IMG/VR virus record: IMGVR_UViG_3300024348_000008
DNA: 64,000 nt
Direction: 5' to 3' (one strand)
Source of the DNA: a virus
Numbering within the stretch: the first letter of the stretch is position 1; each line of letters begins with the position of its first letter. Below are positions 18,666-28,882 of this stretch, piece after piece. Both the position numbers and the translations under genes were made by a program. The notes below the pieces were generated by a model that was not told the DNA's origin, did no database searches, and saw nothing but the letters and a program-made list of their open reading frames with translations.

Positions 18666-18694
18666 TGTACAAGTGATAAAAAATGTGGTATAAT
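18666..18694 (+). promoter_or_regulatory. early promoter of gp43
   Basis: TGTACA-N17-TATAAT. Confidence 0.8.
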
Positions 18695-18727
18695 ATACCC
18701 AACGACTGATAATTATAATGGTGACTT

Positions 18728-21259
18728 TTGAAATTTTATACTAATGTAAGCAGATATGGTAATATGCTTCTTTATCGTGGATATGATCATGGTAATGCAA
18801 TTAAGAAGCGAATTAAATATAAACCAACTCTTTTTGTAACAACTCCAAACGAATCAACGTGGACTTCCCTTGATGGTAAGGCCGTTGCACCTGTGCCTAT
18901 GGATTCTATGAGAGATGCTAAAGAATGGATACACACAAATAAACATGTCGCAGGTAGACAGATTTATGGTAATATTCGTCATCAATCTGCATTTATTCAA
19001 GATGAATTTCCTGGTGATATCAAATTCGATCGTAATGCAATTAATGTAACATCACTTGATATTGAAGTTGCATCTGATCAAGGTTTCCCAGAACCAGACG
19101 AAGCATTACACGAAATCACAGCCATAACAATTAAAAACAATAAAGATAATACATATTATGTGTGGGGTTGTGGAGATTATGACGTCACACGCTCTAATAT
19201 GAAAACACATAGAGTAGTTTATTATAAATGTGAATCAGAAGCAGCACTCTTAGTTGATTTTATTACGCATTGGTCTTCAGACGCACATTGTCCAGATGTA
19301 ATTACGGGTTGGAATTCAAGATTCTTTGATATACCATATATTGTTAATCGTACTATTCGCGTATTAGATGATAGTTGGGCAAAGAAGTTGTCGCCATGGG
19401 GATTAGTAGATGCTCGTGATGTAACAATCATGCAGCGAAAACAGACAGCATATGAAATTCAAGGTATTTCTCAAATGGATTATCTCGAATTATTCAAAAA
19501 GTTCGGCCATTCATATGGTCCACAAGAATCATATAAATTAGATCATATCGCAAATGTTGTTCTTGGTGAACGTAAGTTATCATATGAAGAACATAGTGGA
19601 TTATTTGATTTATACAAATTTGACTATCAAAAATTCATCGATTATAACATAAAAGACGTTGAATTAGTTGATCGTTTAGAAGATAAACTTGGTTTAATTA
19701 CTCTTGCAGTAACAATGGCCTATCGTGGTGGTGTAAACTATGGTGATACATTTGGTACAACTGCAATATGGGATTCTATTATATTTCGTAATCTTTACGA
19801 TAAAAATGTTATAGTTCCCTTTGCAGAAGATAAGATTAAATCTGCATATCCAGGAGGTTTTGTAAAAGATCCTATTGTTGGTATGCATAAAAACGTAGTT
19901 AGTTTTGACTTAAACTCTCTATATCCATCTATTATTATGCAATATAATATGTCACCAGAAACTATTATTGATGGTAATGTTTCTAGTATTGATGTCGATA
20001 AAATAATAGATGCAAAAGCAGCTGGTAGAACATTCTTAATCGATTGTCCAGGTGAAAGCGTTGCTGCAAATGGGCAACATTTTAATATAAATAAAAAGGG
20101 TATATTACCTACTATTATTGAAGGTATGTACAATGAACGTGTAAGCATAAAACGAGCTATGCTTAACGCTCAACAAGAATTACAACAGGTAAATAAAGAT
20201 GATAAACAAGAATTATATAGAATCGAAAGGGATATTGCAATATCTGAAAACCAACAAATGGCTATTAAGTTATTACTTAACAGTCTTTATGGTGCTCTCG
20301 GTAATCGTTATTTCCGATTCTTCGATCAACGTATCGCAGAAGCAATTACTCTCACCGGACAACTTACGATTAGATGGGCCGAATTATCGCTTAATGCCTA
20401 CTTACAATCTGTGCTTAAATCTAATGCCACCAAAGATTATGTCTTGGCCATCGACACCGATTCGGTGTATGTATGCCTAGATGATTTAGTACAAGCAGTT
20501 AATCCTTCTAATCCAATTGATTTCTTAGATAAAGTATGTCAAGATAAACTTGAACCGGTTCTTAAAGAATCGTATGCAGAATTATATGATCTCCTTGGTG
20601 GTATAGAAAATAAAATGGTTATGGCCCGAGAGGTTATTGCTGATGTTGGTATATGGACTGCCAAAAAACGTTACATTCTAAATGTATTTGATAATGAAGG
20701 AGTACGATATGCATCACCTAAACTTAAGATTATGGGTATTGAAGCTATTAAATCTTCTACCCCAGCACCTTGTCGCGAAGCACTAAAACAAATATTTAAA
20801 GTTATTGTTAGTGGTAATGAGAATAAAGTACAAGAATCGATATCACAATTTAAATCATATTTTAAATCTCTTCAACCACATGAGATTGCATTTCCTCGTG
20901 GAATAACTAAAATATCTGCATTTAAAGATAAAGAATTGATTTATAAGAAAGGTACTCCAATTCATGTACGAGGTGGATTATTATATAATAAAGAATTACA
21001 AGACAAATCTCTAACTCAAAAATATGAACGTATACAAAACGGTGAGAAGATTAAATTTATATATCTTCGCATCCCAAACCCAATTAAAGAAAATGTGATA
21101 TCATTTCCACAATATCTTCCCGAAGAATTTGGATTACACAAATATATCAATTACGAATTGCAATTCCAAAAAACGTTTTTGGATTCAATAGATCCGATAT
21201 TAGAGGCTATCGGATGGAACTCAAAGGAAATATCTACACTTGAAGATTTTTTCGCATAA
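18728..21259 (+). CDS. 43: family B DNA polymerase gp43
   Basis: DIEV exonuclease I, SFDLNSLYPS, KLLLNSLYGALGN, DTDS; TTG start. Confidence 0.99.
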   Translation: MKFYTNVSRYGNMLLYRGYDHGNAIKKRIKYKPTLFVTTPNESTWTSLDGKAVAPVPMDSMRDAKEWIHTNKHVAGRQIYGNIRHQSAFIQDEFPGDIKFDRNAINVTSLDIEVASDQGFPEPDEALHEITAITIKNNKDNTYYVWGCGDYDVTRSNMKTHRVVYYKCESEAALLVDFITHWSSDAHCPDVITGWNSRFFDIPYIVNRTIRVLDDSWAKKLSPWGLVDARDVTIMQRKQTAYEIQGISQMDYLELFKKFGHSYGPQESYKLDHIANVVLGERKLSYEEHSGLFDLYKFDYQKFIDYNIKDVELVDRLEDKLGLITLAVTMAYRGGVNYGDTFGTTAIWDSIIFRNLYDKNVIVPFAEDKIKSAYPGGFVKDPIVGMHKNVVSFDLNSLYPSIIMQYNMSPETIIDGNVSSIDVDKIIDAKAAGRTFLIDCPGESVAANGQHFNINKKGILPTIIEGMYNERVSIKRAMLNAQQELQQVNKDDKQELYRIERDIAISENQQMAIKLLLNSLYGALGNRYFRFFDQRIAEAITLTGQLTIRWAELSLNAYLQSVLKSNATKDYVLAIDTDSVYVCLDDLVQAVNPSNPIDFLDKVCQDKLEPVLKESYAELYDLLGGIENKMVMAREVIADVGIWTAKKRYILNVFDNEGVRYASPKLKIMGIEAIKSSTPAPCREALKQIFKVIVSGNENKVQESISQFKSYFKSLQPHEIAFPRGITKISAFKDKELIYKKGTPIHVRGGLLYNKELQDKSLTQKYERIQNGEKIKFIYLRIPNPIKENVISFPQYLPEEFGLHKYINYELQFQKTFLDSIDPILEAIGWNSKEISTLEDFFA

Positions 21260-21262
21260 GCA

Positions 21263-21291
21263 TGTACAAATGCCTTAATATATGGTATAAT
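21263..21291 (+). promoter_or_regulatory. early promoter
   Basis: TGTACA-N17-TATAAT. Confidence 0.8.
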
Positions 21292-21313
21292 ATACCCCTA
21301 ACTGGAAAAAAAG

Positions 21314-21604
21314 ATGAAAAATATAAAATTAATTAGATTAACAAGCGGTGAAGAAATACTCGCTACAATTATAGATGATACTGATGGAGACGTCAATTTT
21401 AAAGAACCCATTGCTTTATATGCCGTAGAAGAAGGCAAAATGGGATTTATGCAATGGATGCCTTACACGACAGTAAAAGACGGAGTAACTATTAGCAAAT
21501 CAAAAATAATGTTTATGGCCGATCCTGTTGATGATGTATTAAATCAATATAAAGAAGCAACAGGTGGAATTGTTGTACCACCAAAACAAGGACTTATAGT
21601 ATAA
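21314..21604 (+). CDS. conserved hypothetical protein (Sm-like)
   Basis: IKLIRLTSGEEILA start; resembles 6400-6786. Confidence 0.7.
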   Translation: MKNIKLIRLTSGEEILATIIDDTDGDVNFKEPIALYAVEEGKMGFMQWMPYTTVKDGVTISKSKIMFMADPVDDVLNQYKEATGGIVVPPKQGLIV

Positions 21605-22020
21605 TGAATGATAATGATTGGGTAAAAGACATCTCTAATATGCAATACAAGTATAAAACTAAACTTTGGATGTATGAGAATAGAAATAATCCAGAAGCTT
21701 TGGCTAAATACTTAGAATTTCGTATTAATTTTTTAAAAGAAGAATTAGATGAAACAACTACAGCAGTATTGAATAATGATGCAGAAGAAATAGTAGACGG
21801 TTTAATAGATCTATGTGTAGTAGCAATTGGAACGCTTGATGCGTTTGGAGTTGATGCTAATGAAGCATGGAATGAAGTTCTAAAAGCTAACTTAAGTAAA
21901 GAAGTTGGAATAAAGCCAGAAAGGCCAAATCCATTAAATCTTCCAGATCTTATTAAGCCAGAAGGCTGGGTAGCTCCGTCACATAAAGGTAATCATGGAA
22001 ATTTCCCTAACGATATTTGA
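21604..22020 (+). CDS. MazG/PRA-PH-like NTP pyrophosphohydrolase
   Basis: EELDE...EIVDGLID...EVLKANLSK...LIKPEGW motifs. Confidence 0.85.
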   Translation: MNDNDWVKDISNMQYKYKTKLWMYENRNNPEALAKYLEFRINFLKEELDETTTAVLNNDAEEIVDGLIDLCVVAIGTLDAFGVDANEAWNEVLKANLSKEVGIKPERPNPLNLPDLIKPEGWVAPSHKGNHGNFPNDI

Positions 22021-22915
22021 TTCAATATATGATAATAAAACGGATAAAAGAATGGACTATCCGTCATTCGATGAATTTGAAAAGGTCCTTTATAGACTTG
22101 CCGAGTCCAATAAATACCCTACTAAGTCTGAAGCACCTCTTATTAGTCCTGCTACATATTTGCCTAATACAACTCGTGCTAATAATAATGTGGTTGCTTG
22201 GGGCGGCTTTGGTATTGTTGATGTCGATGACTATATCGGCGATATAAAAGAAATTGAATCAATATATGCAAAATATAAATACATATGCTATTCAACGGCA
22301 AGCTCTAGAGTAGAGCATCCTAAATTTAGATTAGTATTTCCTCTTACTCGATGGATAGATAAAGAAGAAATTAAACATTTTTGGTTTGCTTTAAATAAAG
22401 AAATAGGCGATATTGCAGATGCGCAAACTAAAGATTTAAGTCGCATGTATTATATTCCTAATCAATATAAAGATAGTTTTAATTTTATTTTTACACATGA
22501 TGGTGATATAATGGATCCATCAGAATTAATGTCTAAACATACGTATATAGAACCAAATAGAGGTATGTTTGCAAAATTTCCAAAAGCAATTCAAGAAGCT
22601 ATTATAAAAGATAGAAAGTCAAAATTAACAAATACAAATTTTACATGGACAGGATATTCTGATTGTCCATTTGTTAATCAAAAGAAAGTAGAAGAATATA
22701 AAAGAACAACAGAAGGTGGTTGGTATTATGGAATGTACCAAATAATGGTTTCAATTGCTGGAAATGCAACATCTCGTGGTTATCCAATAACTGCAAAAGA
22801 AATCGAATATATAATTCGCGATTTAGATAGCGAAACCGGAAATTGGTATGTAAAACGACCAATAGAAAAAGAAGCAGAACGTGCAATCGAATTTGTGTTT
22901 GCAAACAATAGGTAA
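21995..22915 (+). CDS. AEP/PrimPol-like primase
   Basis: IVDVDD, YSTASS...KFRLVFPL, DAQTKDLSRMYYIP; helical C-terminal domain. Confidence 0.7.
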   Translation: MEISLTIFDSIYDNKTDKRMDYPSFDEFEKVLYRLAESNKYPTKSEAPLISPATYLPNTTRANNNVVAWGGFGIVDVDDYIGDIKEIESIYAKYKYICYSTASSRVEHPKFRLVFPLTRWIDKEEIKHFWFALNKEIGDIADAQTKDLSRMYYIPNQYKDSFNFIFTHDGDIMDPSELMSKHTYIEPNRGMFAKFPKAIQEAIIKDRKSKLTNTNFTWTGYSDCPFVNQKKVEEYKRTTEGGWYYGMYQIMVSIAGNATSRGYPITAKEIEYIIRDLDSETGNWYVKRPIEKEAERAIEFVFANNR

Positions 22916-22923
22916 AGTAAAAA

Positions 22924-23430
22924 ATGAAAAAATTTAGAACACTTCATATATGTGTTATGTTAATAATATTTATAGGACTATTAACAATAACCCAAAAGGC
23001 TAATGCAATTGATGTAAACGATGAACTTTATTGTTTAGCTCAAAATATATATTTTGAATCAGGTAATCAACCAAAGGTTGGAAAAGTTGCAGTAGCAAAT
23101 ACAACTATGAATAGAGTAGCCAATTTATCATATCCAAATACTATTTGTAAAGTAGTTTATCAAGCAAAAATGAAAGAAAACTGGAAAGGAAATTTAGTTC
23201 CAATCAGACACATGTGTCAATTCAGTTGGTATTGTGATGGTAAATCAGATATGCCTACAGATTCTGCAACATGGATGGAATCCATTGATATTGCAAGACT
23301 TACTATACAAGGAGTGTTTTTTGATGTAACTGAAGGCGCAACACATTATCATAATCATTATGTCTATCCATATTGGGCAGAACACTTAAATGAAACAGTA
23401 GTAATTAACGATCATACCTTCTATAAATAG
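22924..23430 (+). CDS. cell-wall hydrolase, SleB/Hydrolase_2 family
   Basis: CLAQNIYFES, VANTTMNRV, CQFSWYCDG, GATHYH; N-terminal signal/TM. Confidence 0.92.
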   Translation: MKKFRTLHICVMLIIFIGLLTITQKANAIDVNDELYCLAQNIYFESGNQPKVGKVAVANTTMNRVANLSYPNTICKVVYQAKMKENWKGNLVPIRHMCQFSWYCDGKSDMPTDSATWMESIDIARLTIQGVFFDVTEGATHYHNHYVYPYWAEHLNETVVINDHTFYK

Positions 23431-23477
23431 CATTTCTTATAAATAGTACTTTAATCAGATAATCATGGGAGATTATT

Positions 23478-24044
23478 ATGTATGAGTACAGAGTAAAAAT
23501 AGAACGCGTTATAGACGGAGATACGGTTGATGTGGATATCGATTTAGGTTTTGGAGTTCAATTAAATGATGAAAGAGTTAGAATAATGGGAATAGATACA
23601 CCTGAAAGTAGAACTTCAGATAAAGTTGAGAAAGTATTTGGTAAAGCAGCTAAAGCTGCATTAATAGACATGTTAGGAGAAACTGCAATATTAAAAACTC
23701 AAATCAATAAAAGTGGTGAAGACATGAAGGGAAAGTTTGGAAGAATCCTTGGTGACTTTGATGTTGAACATAAAGGTGTAAAGAAGACTGTAACAGCAGC
23801 TTTAATCGAAGATGGCCACGCAGTACTGTATTATGGCGGTTCTAAAGAAGATACCCAAGCAGCACATTTAGTTAATCGTAAAAGATTAATTGATGAAGGT
23901 TTGGTTAACATGTCATATGAAGAAGCTGGAATTGTATGTTTATGCGAAGATTGTCAATGCGATCCTTGTAATTGTAATACAATTGATGTTCAAATGAACG
24001 AAGCACACGATCAATTAGAAGCAGAAGAAGTTGAAAATATTTAA
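23478..24044 (+). CDS. thermonuclease (SNase-like) with Cys-rich tail
   Basis: RVIDGDTVD, RVRIMGIDTPE, GKFGRILG; late TATAAATA motifs just upstream. Confidence 0.88.
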   Translation: MYEYRVKIERVIDGDTVDVDIDLGFGVQLNDERVRIMGIDTPESRTSDKVEKVFGKAAKAALIDMLGETAILKTQINKSGEDMKGKFGRILGDFDVEHKGVKKTVTAALIEDGHAVLYYGGSKEDTQAAHLVNRKRLIDEGLVNMSYEEAGIVCLCEDCQCDPCNCNTIDVQMNEAHDQLEAEEVENI

Positions 24045-24063
24045 CAATAAGTGAAAAAAAGGG

Positions 24064-24092
24064 TGTACAAACACCTAAAACTATGGTATAAT
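24064..24092 (+). promoter_or_regulatory. early promoter heading the nucleotide-modification cluster
   Basis: TGTACA-N17-TATAAT. Confidence 0.8.
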
Positions 24093-24121
24093 ATACCTAT
24101 ATTAAATAATGGAAATACATA

Positions 24122-24499
24122 ATGAGAGAATCAGTTAAAGTCTTGCAAGAATGCATAGATTTACAAACTCAAAAAGCGAATGATTATCAGAATCCAAATT
24201 CTAAAGTAAAACAAGCAGATTATTACCCAAATGGTGTAATGACTTTGCTTGATATTAATCATGCAAAAATGCTTAGAATGCAATCAGTAGTTGCAGCAAT
24301 GCAACACGATCCCGAATATAAACCAAATTTTGAATCTATAGAAGATTCTGCTAAAGATATGATTAATTATTGTAGTTTTATAGTTTCTTATTGTCGAGGT
24401 AAGATGGAAGGTCAAGATCCAAATAATGATTTTTTAAATAGACCAATGATTCCACTACTCATGACTGTGGAAGAGGTATTAAATAATGATAACGATTGA
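24122..24499 (+). CDS. nucleotide-modification-associated helical protein (DUF1599/Nmad-like)
   Basis: KANDY...K.LR...EDS.KD.INY pattern; first gene of the cluster. Confidence 0.55.
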   Translation: MRESVKVLQECIDLQTQKANDYQNPNSKVKQADYYPNGVMTLLDINHAKMLRMQSVVAAMQHDPEYKPNFESIEDSAKDMINYCSFIVSYCRGKMEGQDPNNDFLNRPMIPLLMTVEEVLNNDND

Positions 24500-25166
24500 A
24501 GCCGTAAGAAAGTATTTTAGATACCAATTAGATAATGGAATCTATACTACTGATAGAAATGGTGGTAAAACAATGGAAATGCTCGGCGCAGCATTTTTAG
24601 CAGATGAACCATCAATATTTGGTAAACCTAATAAAGAATATATCGATGCAGAAATAGAATGGTATATTTCACAATCAACAAATATTACTGACATTTATCC
24701 AGATGGTGATAAAGAACCACCTAAAGCGTGGCAAATGACTGCGAATGTTCATGGTGAAGTCAATTCAAATTATGGTAGACTTATTTGGGGTGATGAATAT
24801 GGTAATCAAAGAGAAATGGTTTGTCAAGAATTATTAGATAATAGAGATTCTCGTAGAGCATCGATGATTTATACTCGACCATCTATATGGAAAGAATATA
24901 ATTCCCAAGGCAAAAATGATTTTATATGTACAAATTCAGTAACATATTATATTAGAAATAATAAACTCCATTGTGTAGTTCAAATGAGATCTAATGATGT
25001 AGTATTTGGTTATAAGAATGATTATGCATGGCAAAAATGGGTTTTAGAAGATATGTGCTCGTCATTAAAAGTATTAAGATATAAAGAACTAAAGGTTGGT
25101 GATATACATTGGCAAGTACAAAATTTACATGTATATGAACAACATTTTAATTTGGTGAAAAGATGA
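24486..25166 (+). CDS. thymidylate-synthase-fold dUMP hydroxymethylase
   Basis: SRRA, DFICT catalytic Cys, QMRSNDVVFGYKND (Asn at the dUMP-specificity position), NLHVY; a separate ThyX exists elsewhere in the window. Confidence 0.8.
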   Translation: MITIEAVRKYFRYQLDNGIYTTDRNGGKTMEMLGAAFLADEPSIFGKPNKEYIDAEIEWYISQSTNITDIYPDGDKEPPKAWQMTANVHGEVNSNYGRLIWGDEYGNQREMVCQELLDNRDSRRASMIYTRPSIWKEYNSQGKNDFICTNSVTYYIRNNKLHCVVQMRSNDVVFGYKNDYAWQKWVLEDMCSSLKVLRYKELKVGDIHWQVQNLHVYEQHFNLVKR

Positions 25167-25627
25167 AAACAAGTTTTAAATGGGACGAAAGATATTTACA
25201 ACTAGCTAAACAAGTGGCTACTTGGAGTAAAGATCCAAGCACACAAGTTGGTGCTGTTGCTGTCGGTGATAAAGGTCAAGTTTTATCTCAAGGATATAAT
25301 GGATTTCCACGTGGAATAAAAGATAATGAGAGATATAACGATAAAGATTTAAAATACAGATACGTAGTACATGCAGAAATGAATTGTATATACAATGCAA
25401 CATTTCATGGAACTTCTTTAAATGGAGCTACGCTTTATGTACATGGATTACCGATGTGTAATGAATGTGCAAAAGCAATAATTCAAGTAGGAATAGTAAG
25501 AGTAGTTTCTCCATATAATGGAAATACAGATGTACCAGAAAAGTGGAAAATATCTTGTGCACATACACAACTTATATTAAAAGAAGTAAATATTCCATAT
25601 CAATTCATAAAGATGAATAAACAATGA
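25163..25627 (+). CDS. dCMP deaminase
   Basis: SKDPSTQVGA, GYNGFP, HAEMN, PMCNECAK. Confidence 0.95.
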   Translation: MKTSFKWDERYLQLAKQVATWSKDPSTQVGAVAVGDKGQVLSQGYNGFPRGIKDNERYNDKDLKYRYVVHAEMNCIYNATFHGTSLNGATLYVHGLPMCNECAKAIIQVGIVRVVSPYNGNTDVPEKWKISCAHTQLILKEVNIPYQFIKMNKQ

Positions 25628-25914
25628 CACAAAAATTTGACAAAAAAGAATTAGAAAATTCAAAAAGAATATTTAAATCAACAACACCAAGATATACAAT
25701 AGATTGGTATATTAAATGGGTTGCTTCGGCGTTTATATTAGCCGCAATGTCAATTAGAGGTGTAGAAGGATTTGTATTTTATGATGTATCTTTATCAATA
25801 ATTGGAATATTTTTATGGACTATAGTTAGTGTAATGTGGAATGATAGAGCTTTAATTATGTTGAATGCTGTAGGTCTTGCCTTTTTACTTTCTAGCTTTA
25901 TAAAATTATTATGA
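25624..25914 (+). CDS. small multi-pass membrane protein
   Basis: Three hydrophobic segments; DWYIKW...WNDRALIMLN. Confidence 0.7.
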   Translation: MTQKFDKKELENSKRIFKSTTPRYTIDWYIKWVASAFILAAMSIRGVEGFVFYDVSLSIIGIFLWTIVSVMWNDRALIMLNAVGLAFLLSSFIKLL

Positions 25915-27068
25915 TAAAAACTCGATATTATGATGATTTTATAAGATACTTTTATTTAGCAAAAGATCAACAAGAAAAATGCAATGTTCCAAATTTTATG
26001 CCACATCTAAAAAGTGGTATGAACGATGATCTAATGGAAAACGTTGAACTCTACGATGTTGTAGAACGTAAGTATGCAGGATTTTCTCAAATCATTAATG
26101 ATTGCTTTTATGGTTGGACAGATCAACACCCATATTGGTCCCGTATGCAAGCAGGAAAAGCTACTTCGCAAAGAGAATTAGTAGCTAATAATTGGACAGG
26201 AAAAAAATTCGATTTAGACACATGGTTGTTTTTGTTTATATTGCACAGAGTTACAGGAAGTGCAATTAATTACGCAACTAAACCTTCTGGTTATCATAAT
26301 ACAATATTATTTAAGTTTCATTTAGCAGAAAATATAGACGACATGAAGAAGATTATAAAAGCTGAAGGTAAAATGGGTAAACCGTTTTATACATCAGTTG
26401 GTTATCAATTTCCTGCATTTCCAAAACCTACAAAAGAATATAAAAAAGGCGGAGATTATTTTCTTTGTGAATATGTACCTAAACTTGCATACGAATTAGC
26501 AAGATTTTTAGAAACCCATGGAAGAAAAGATTTAAGAGAAATCGGTGATTTTATGTTAAATTGGAATGTTGAAAACGGATTACGAAGATATGTATTTCAA
26601 TATGCAGCAGTTGTTGCAGATATTGCCGATTGGTTTCCAGGATTTGTGAATCGTGAAAGCGCATTTTATTATGGTACAAATGCAGTAGAATGTATTTCAT
26701 ATCTCGGTGAAAATAATAATAAATTAAAGAAAGAAGAGTTTTTAGATGAAGTAATGATGCAAATATATGAAGATACAGGAAGTGTTCCATATAACGCAGA
26801 AGACGTATGTTGTGATTATATACGATGGGTTGAGAATTATGTTCGACCTGGTGCAGATTATTCTCATCTCGATTATGATCAGATTTGGTCAAGTAGTTAT
26901 ATTAAAGATCATCCGAGAGGAAGACAAAAAGCAATGTTAGATTTAGGATTAGTAGAAACATTTAATGGAATGACTGCTCACCCTTCGGATCTGAAAGTTT
27001 TAAATGATAATAATATTGGTATTGAAGAATATCAAGCAATGGTGAAATCATATGGCTCTGTTTCCTAA
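25911..27068 (+). CDS. putative amino acid:DNA transferase (aGPT-Pplase-like), paralog 1
   Basis: YDVVER, FQYAAVVADI, YGTNAVECI and NAEDVCCDYIRW loosely match the family motif order; context supports it. Confidence 0.55.
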   Translation: MIKTRYYDDFIRYFYLAKDQQEKCNVPNFMPHLKSGMNDDLMENVELYDVVERKYAGFSQIINDCFYGWTDQHPYWSRMQAGKATSQRELVANNWTGKKFDLDTWLFLFILHRVTGSAINYATKPSGYHNTILFKFHLAENIDDMKKIIKAEGKMGKPFYTSVGYQFPAFPKPTKEYKKGGDYFLCEYVPKLAYELARFLETHGRKDLREIGDFMLNWNVENGLRRYVFQYAAVVADIADWFPGFVNRESAFYYGTNAVECISYLGENNNKLKKEEFLDEVMMQIYEDTGSVPYNAEDVCCDYIRWVENYVRPGADYSHLDYDQIWSSSYIKDHPRGRQKAMLDLGLVETFNGMTAHPSDLKVLNDNNIGIEEYQAMVKSYGSVS

Positions 27069-28017
27069 CGAACATAATATAATATATCCAAACACATCTG
27101 AGGTTCCTATGAAGAAAGGTAAACCTACAGATACGTGGATGCAAGAATATACACTTGATGAACGAAAATCAAAGTTCTTTGAGTTTTGTGAAAAGTTTGA
27201 TCAAAGAAAGGATGATCTACTTAGAGATGATTTTCAAATATTTTCACATAGACTACATTGGGATGAACACCCATATGTAGAATTTTTACAGAATGAAGGA
27301 AGTAAAATAAAGTTAAGAAATTTCGAAAAGATTTGGTATACAATTGTTTTCTCGTTTTCAAATGAACATTGGGGAACATTTAAGGCAGTATATACCGGTG
27401 GCCAAAGCGGTCTAAAAACGCGCTTTGAAAAACATAGACATGCAAGATCTGATTTATTTCAAATATATTATCCAAAAGGAACAAAAGTTGCTCAATGGTT
27501 AATCGATGCACCTCTTAAATGTGCACACAAAATGCATAAAGTTTTAGACGAAAGACAAAAACCATGGACTATGATGGAACTTGCAAAAACGTTTGAAGCA
27601 TATTTTAAAGAAGAAGGTTTTAGATCTCCATTGTACCCATGTAAGAATTTCGCAAGATACATGGCTATGACATGGCCACATCAAGTTGATCCTGAATCTG
27701 TATTATTTGGAGGAACAGGTCATTTTGATGGAATGCAACAAATATTTGGTGGTAAAAACCTAAACGGTAAAGTGAAATATGATATCGTAGATGGTAAATT
27801 TATACCTCAAAATGAAGCAGCAGAATTATGGATGGAGCAAATGCAAGAATTGGTTGAAGATCCTAGAAATCCTATGACAAAACAAAAATTATTAAATATC
27901 GAAGATAAAACATGTTTCTTTTATAAGCATATGGCCATATCCCATGGAGCCAAAAGACCAACAAAGAGAATTCCACGAGATTGGATTTTCCCTAAGGAGT
28001 TTAAGCTTGAGTCATAA
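27052..28017 (+). CDS. putative amino acid:DNA transferase (aGPT-Pplase-like), paralog 2
   Basis: DDLLRDDFQIFSHR, GGTGHFDGM, NIEDKTCFFYKH echo paralog 1. Confidence 0.5.
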   Translation: MALFPNEHNIIYPNTSEVPMKKGKPTDTWMQEYTLDERKSKFFEFCEKFDQRKDDLLRDDFQIFSHRLHWDEHPYVEFLQNEGSKIKLRNFEKIWYTIVFSFSNEHWGTFKAVYTGGQSGLKTRFEKHRHARSDLFQIYYPKGTKVAQWLIDAPLKCAHKMHKVLDERQKPWTMMELAKTFEAYFKEEGFRSPLYPCKNFARYMAMTWPHQVDPESVLFGGTGHFDGMQQIFGGKNLNGKVKYDIVDGKFIPQNEAAELWMEQMQELVEDPRNPMTKQKLLNIEDKTCFFYKHMAISHGAKRPTKRIPRDWIFPKEFKLES

Positions 28018-28882
28018 TAAACACATTGAAGATGGGTTTAATAAAGATCGTGGCATGATGTTACCAAATCAAGCTATTGAGTATTATATGGATTTAGCAA
28101 ATGGTTGGGAAGATCCAAATCCACCAATCGTTGAAACAATTCATGAAGGTATTCGAGTAGTACGAGATGATTTAATAACAGGTTCAAAACAAAGAGCTGC
28201 AGATTTATTAATGTCAACAATCAAAGAAGATACAGTTGCTTATGTACAACCAAGAACTGGTCTAGCTGGAGTTTGTATCTTGCAAGCAGCTAAAAGGTAT
28301 AATAAGAAAGTACGTTTATATATGCCTTCTAGCAAGAGAATATCACACCATCAAGCGTGTTGTATTGAACAAGGAGCTGAAATAAGCTTCCATCGCATAG
28401 CTGCAATGCCAAATCTTAACAAAATCGCTGCCGAGGACGCCAAAAAGAATGGATTTTACTTTATTCCTCTTGGTTTGAAGCACAAATTAGTCACTGCAGG
28501 CTTCGTAAAGATAGCGCGCTCCCTCGTGCACCCAACAGAAGTTTATACAGTTATATCAACGGGAGTTCTCTCTCGTGCACTCCAGATCGCTTGGCCCATG
28601 GCAAAATTTACTGCGGTTGCAGTTGCAAGAAATATGAAAGCAGGTGAGAGTGGTAGAGCAGAATTAATTAGTGCACCAGAACCATTCACAAAAAATATTA
28701 AAAAAGAAGAAATGCCACCATTTCCAAGTATAGGAACATATGATGCAAAAGCATGGAGATATATACCTAAGAATACTGGAAGAAATATCTTATTTTGGAA
28801 TGTTGGTTCTGAACCGATATTACAAGATGAAACATTATATAACACAGTTGATAGCTACAGAGATTGGGATAAAAATTTATGA
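28007..28882 (+). CDS. PLP-dependent enzyme (fold type II), probable DNA-modification decarboxylase
   Basis: VVRDDLITGSK (Schiff-base Lys), STGVLSR, YDAKAW, LFWNVG; TTG 28007 after AAGGAG (ORF track starts at 27944). Confidence 0.75.
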   Translation: MSHNKHIEDGFNKDRGMMLPNQAIEYYMDLANGWEDPNPPIVETIHEGIRVVRDDLITGSKQRAADLLMSTIKEDTVAYVQPRTGLAGVCILQAAKRYNKKVRLYMPSSKRISHHQACCIEQGAEISFHRIAAMPNLNKIAAEDAKKNGFYFIPLGLKHKLVTAGFVKIARSLVHPTEVYTVISTGVLSRALQIAWPMAKFTAVAVARNMKAGESGRAELISAPEPFTKNIKKEEMPPFPSIGTYDAKAWRYIPKNTGRNILFWNVGSEPILQDETLYNTVDSYRDWDKNL

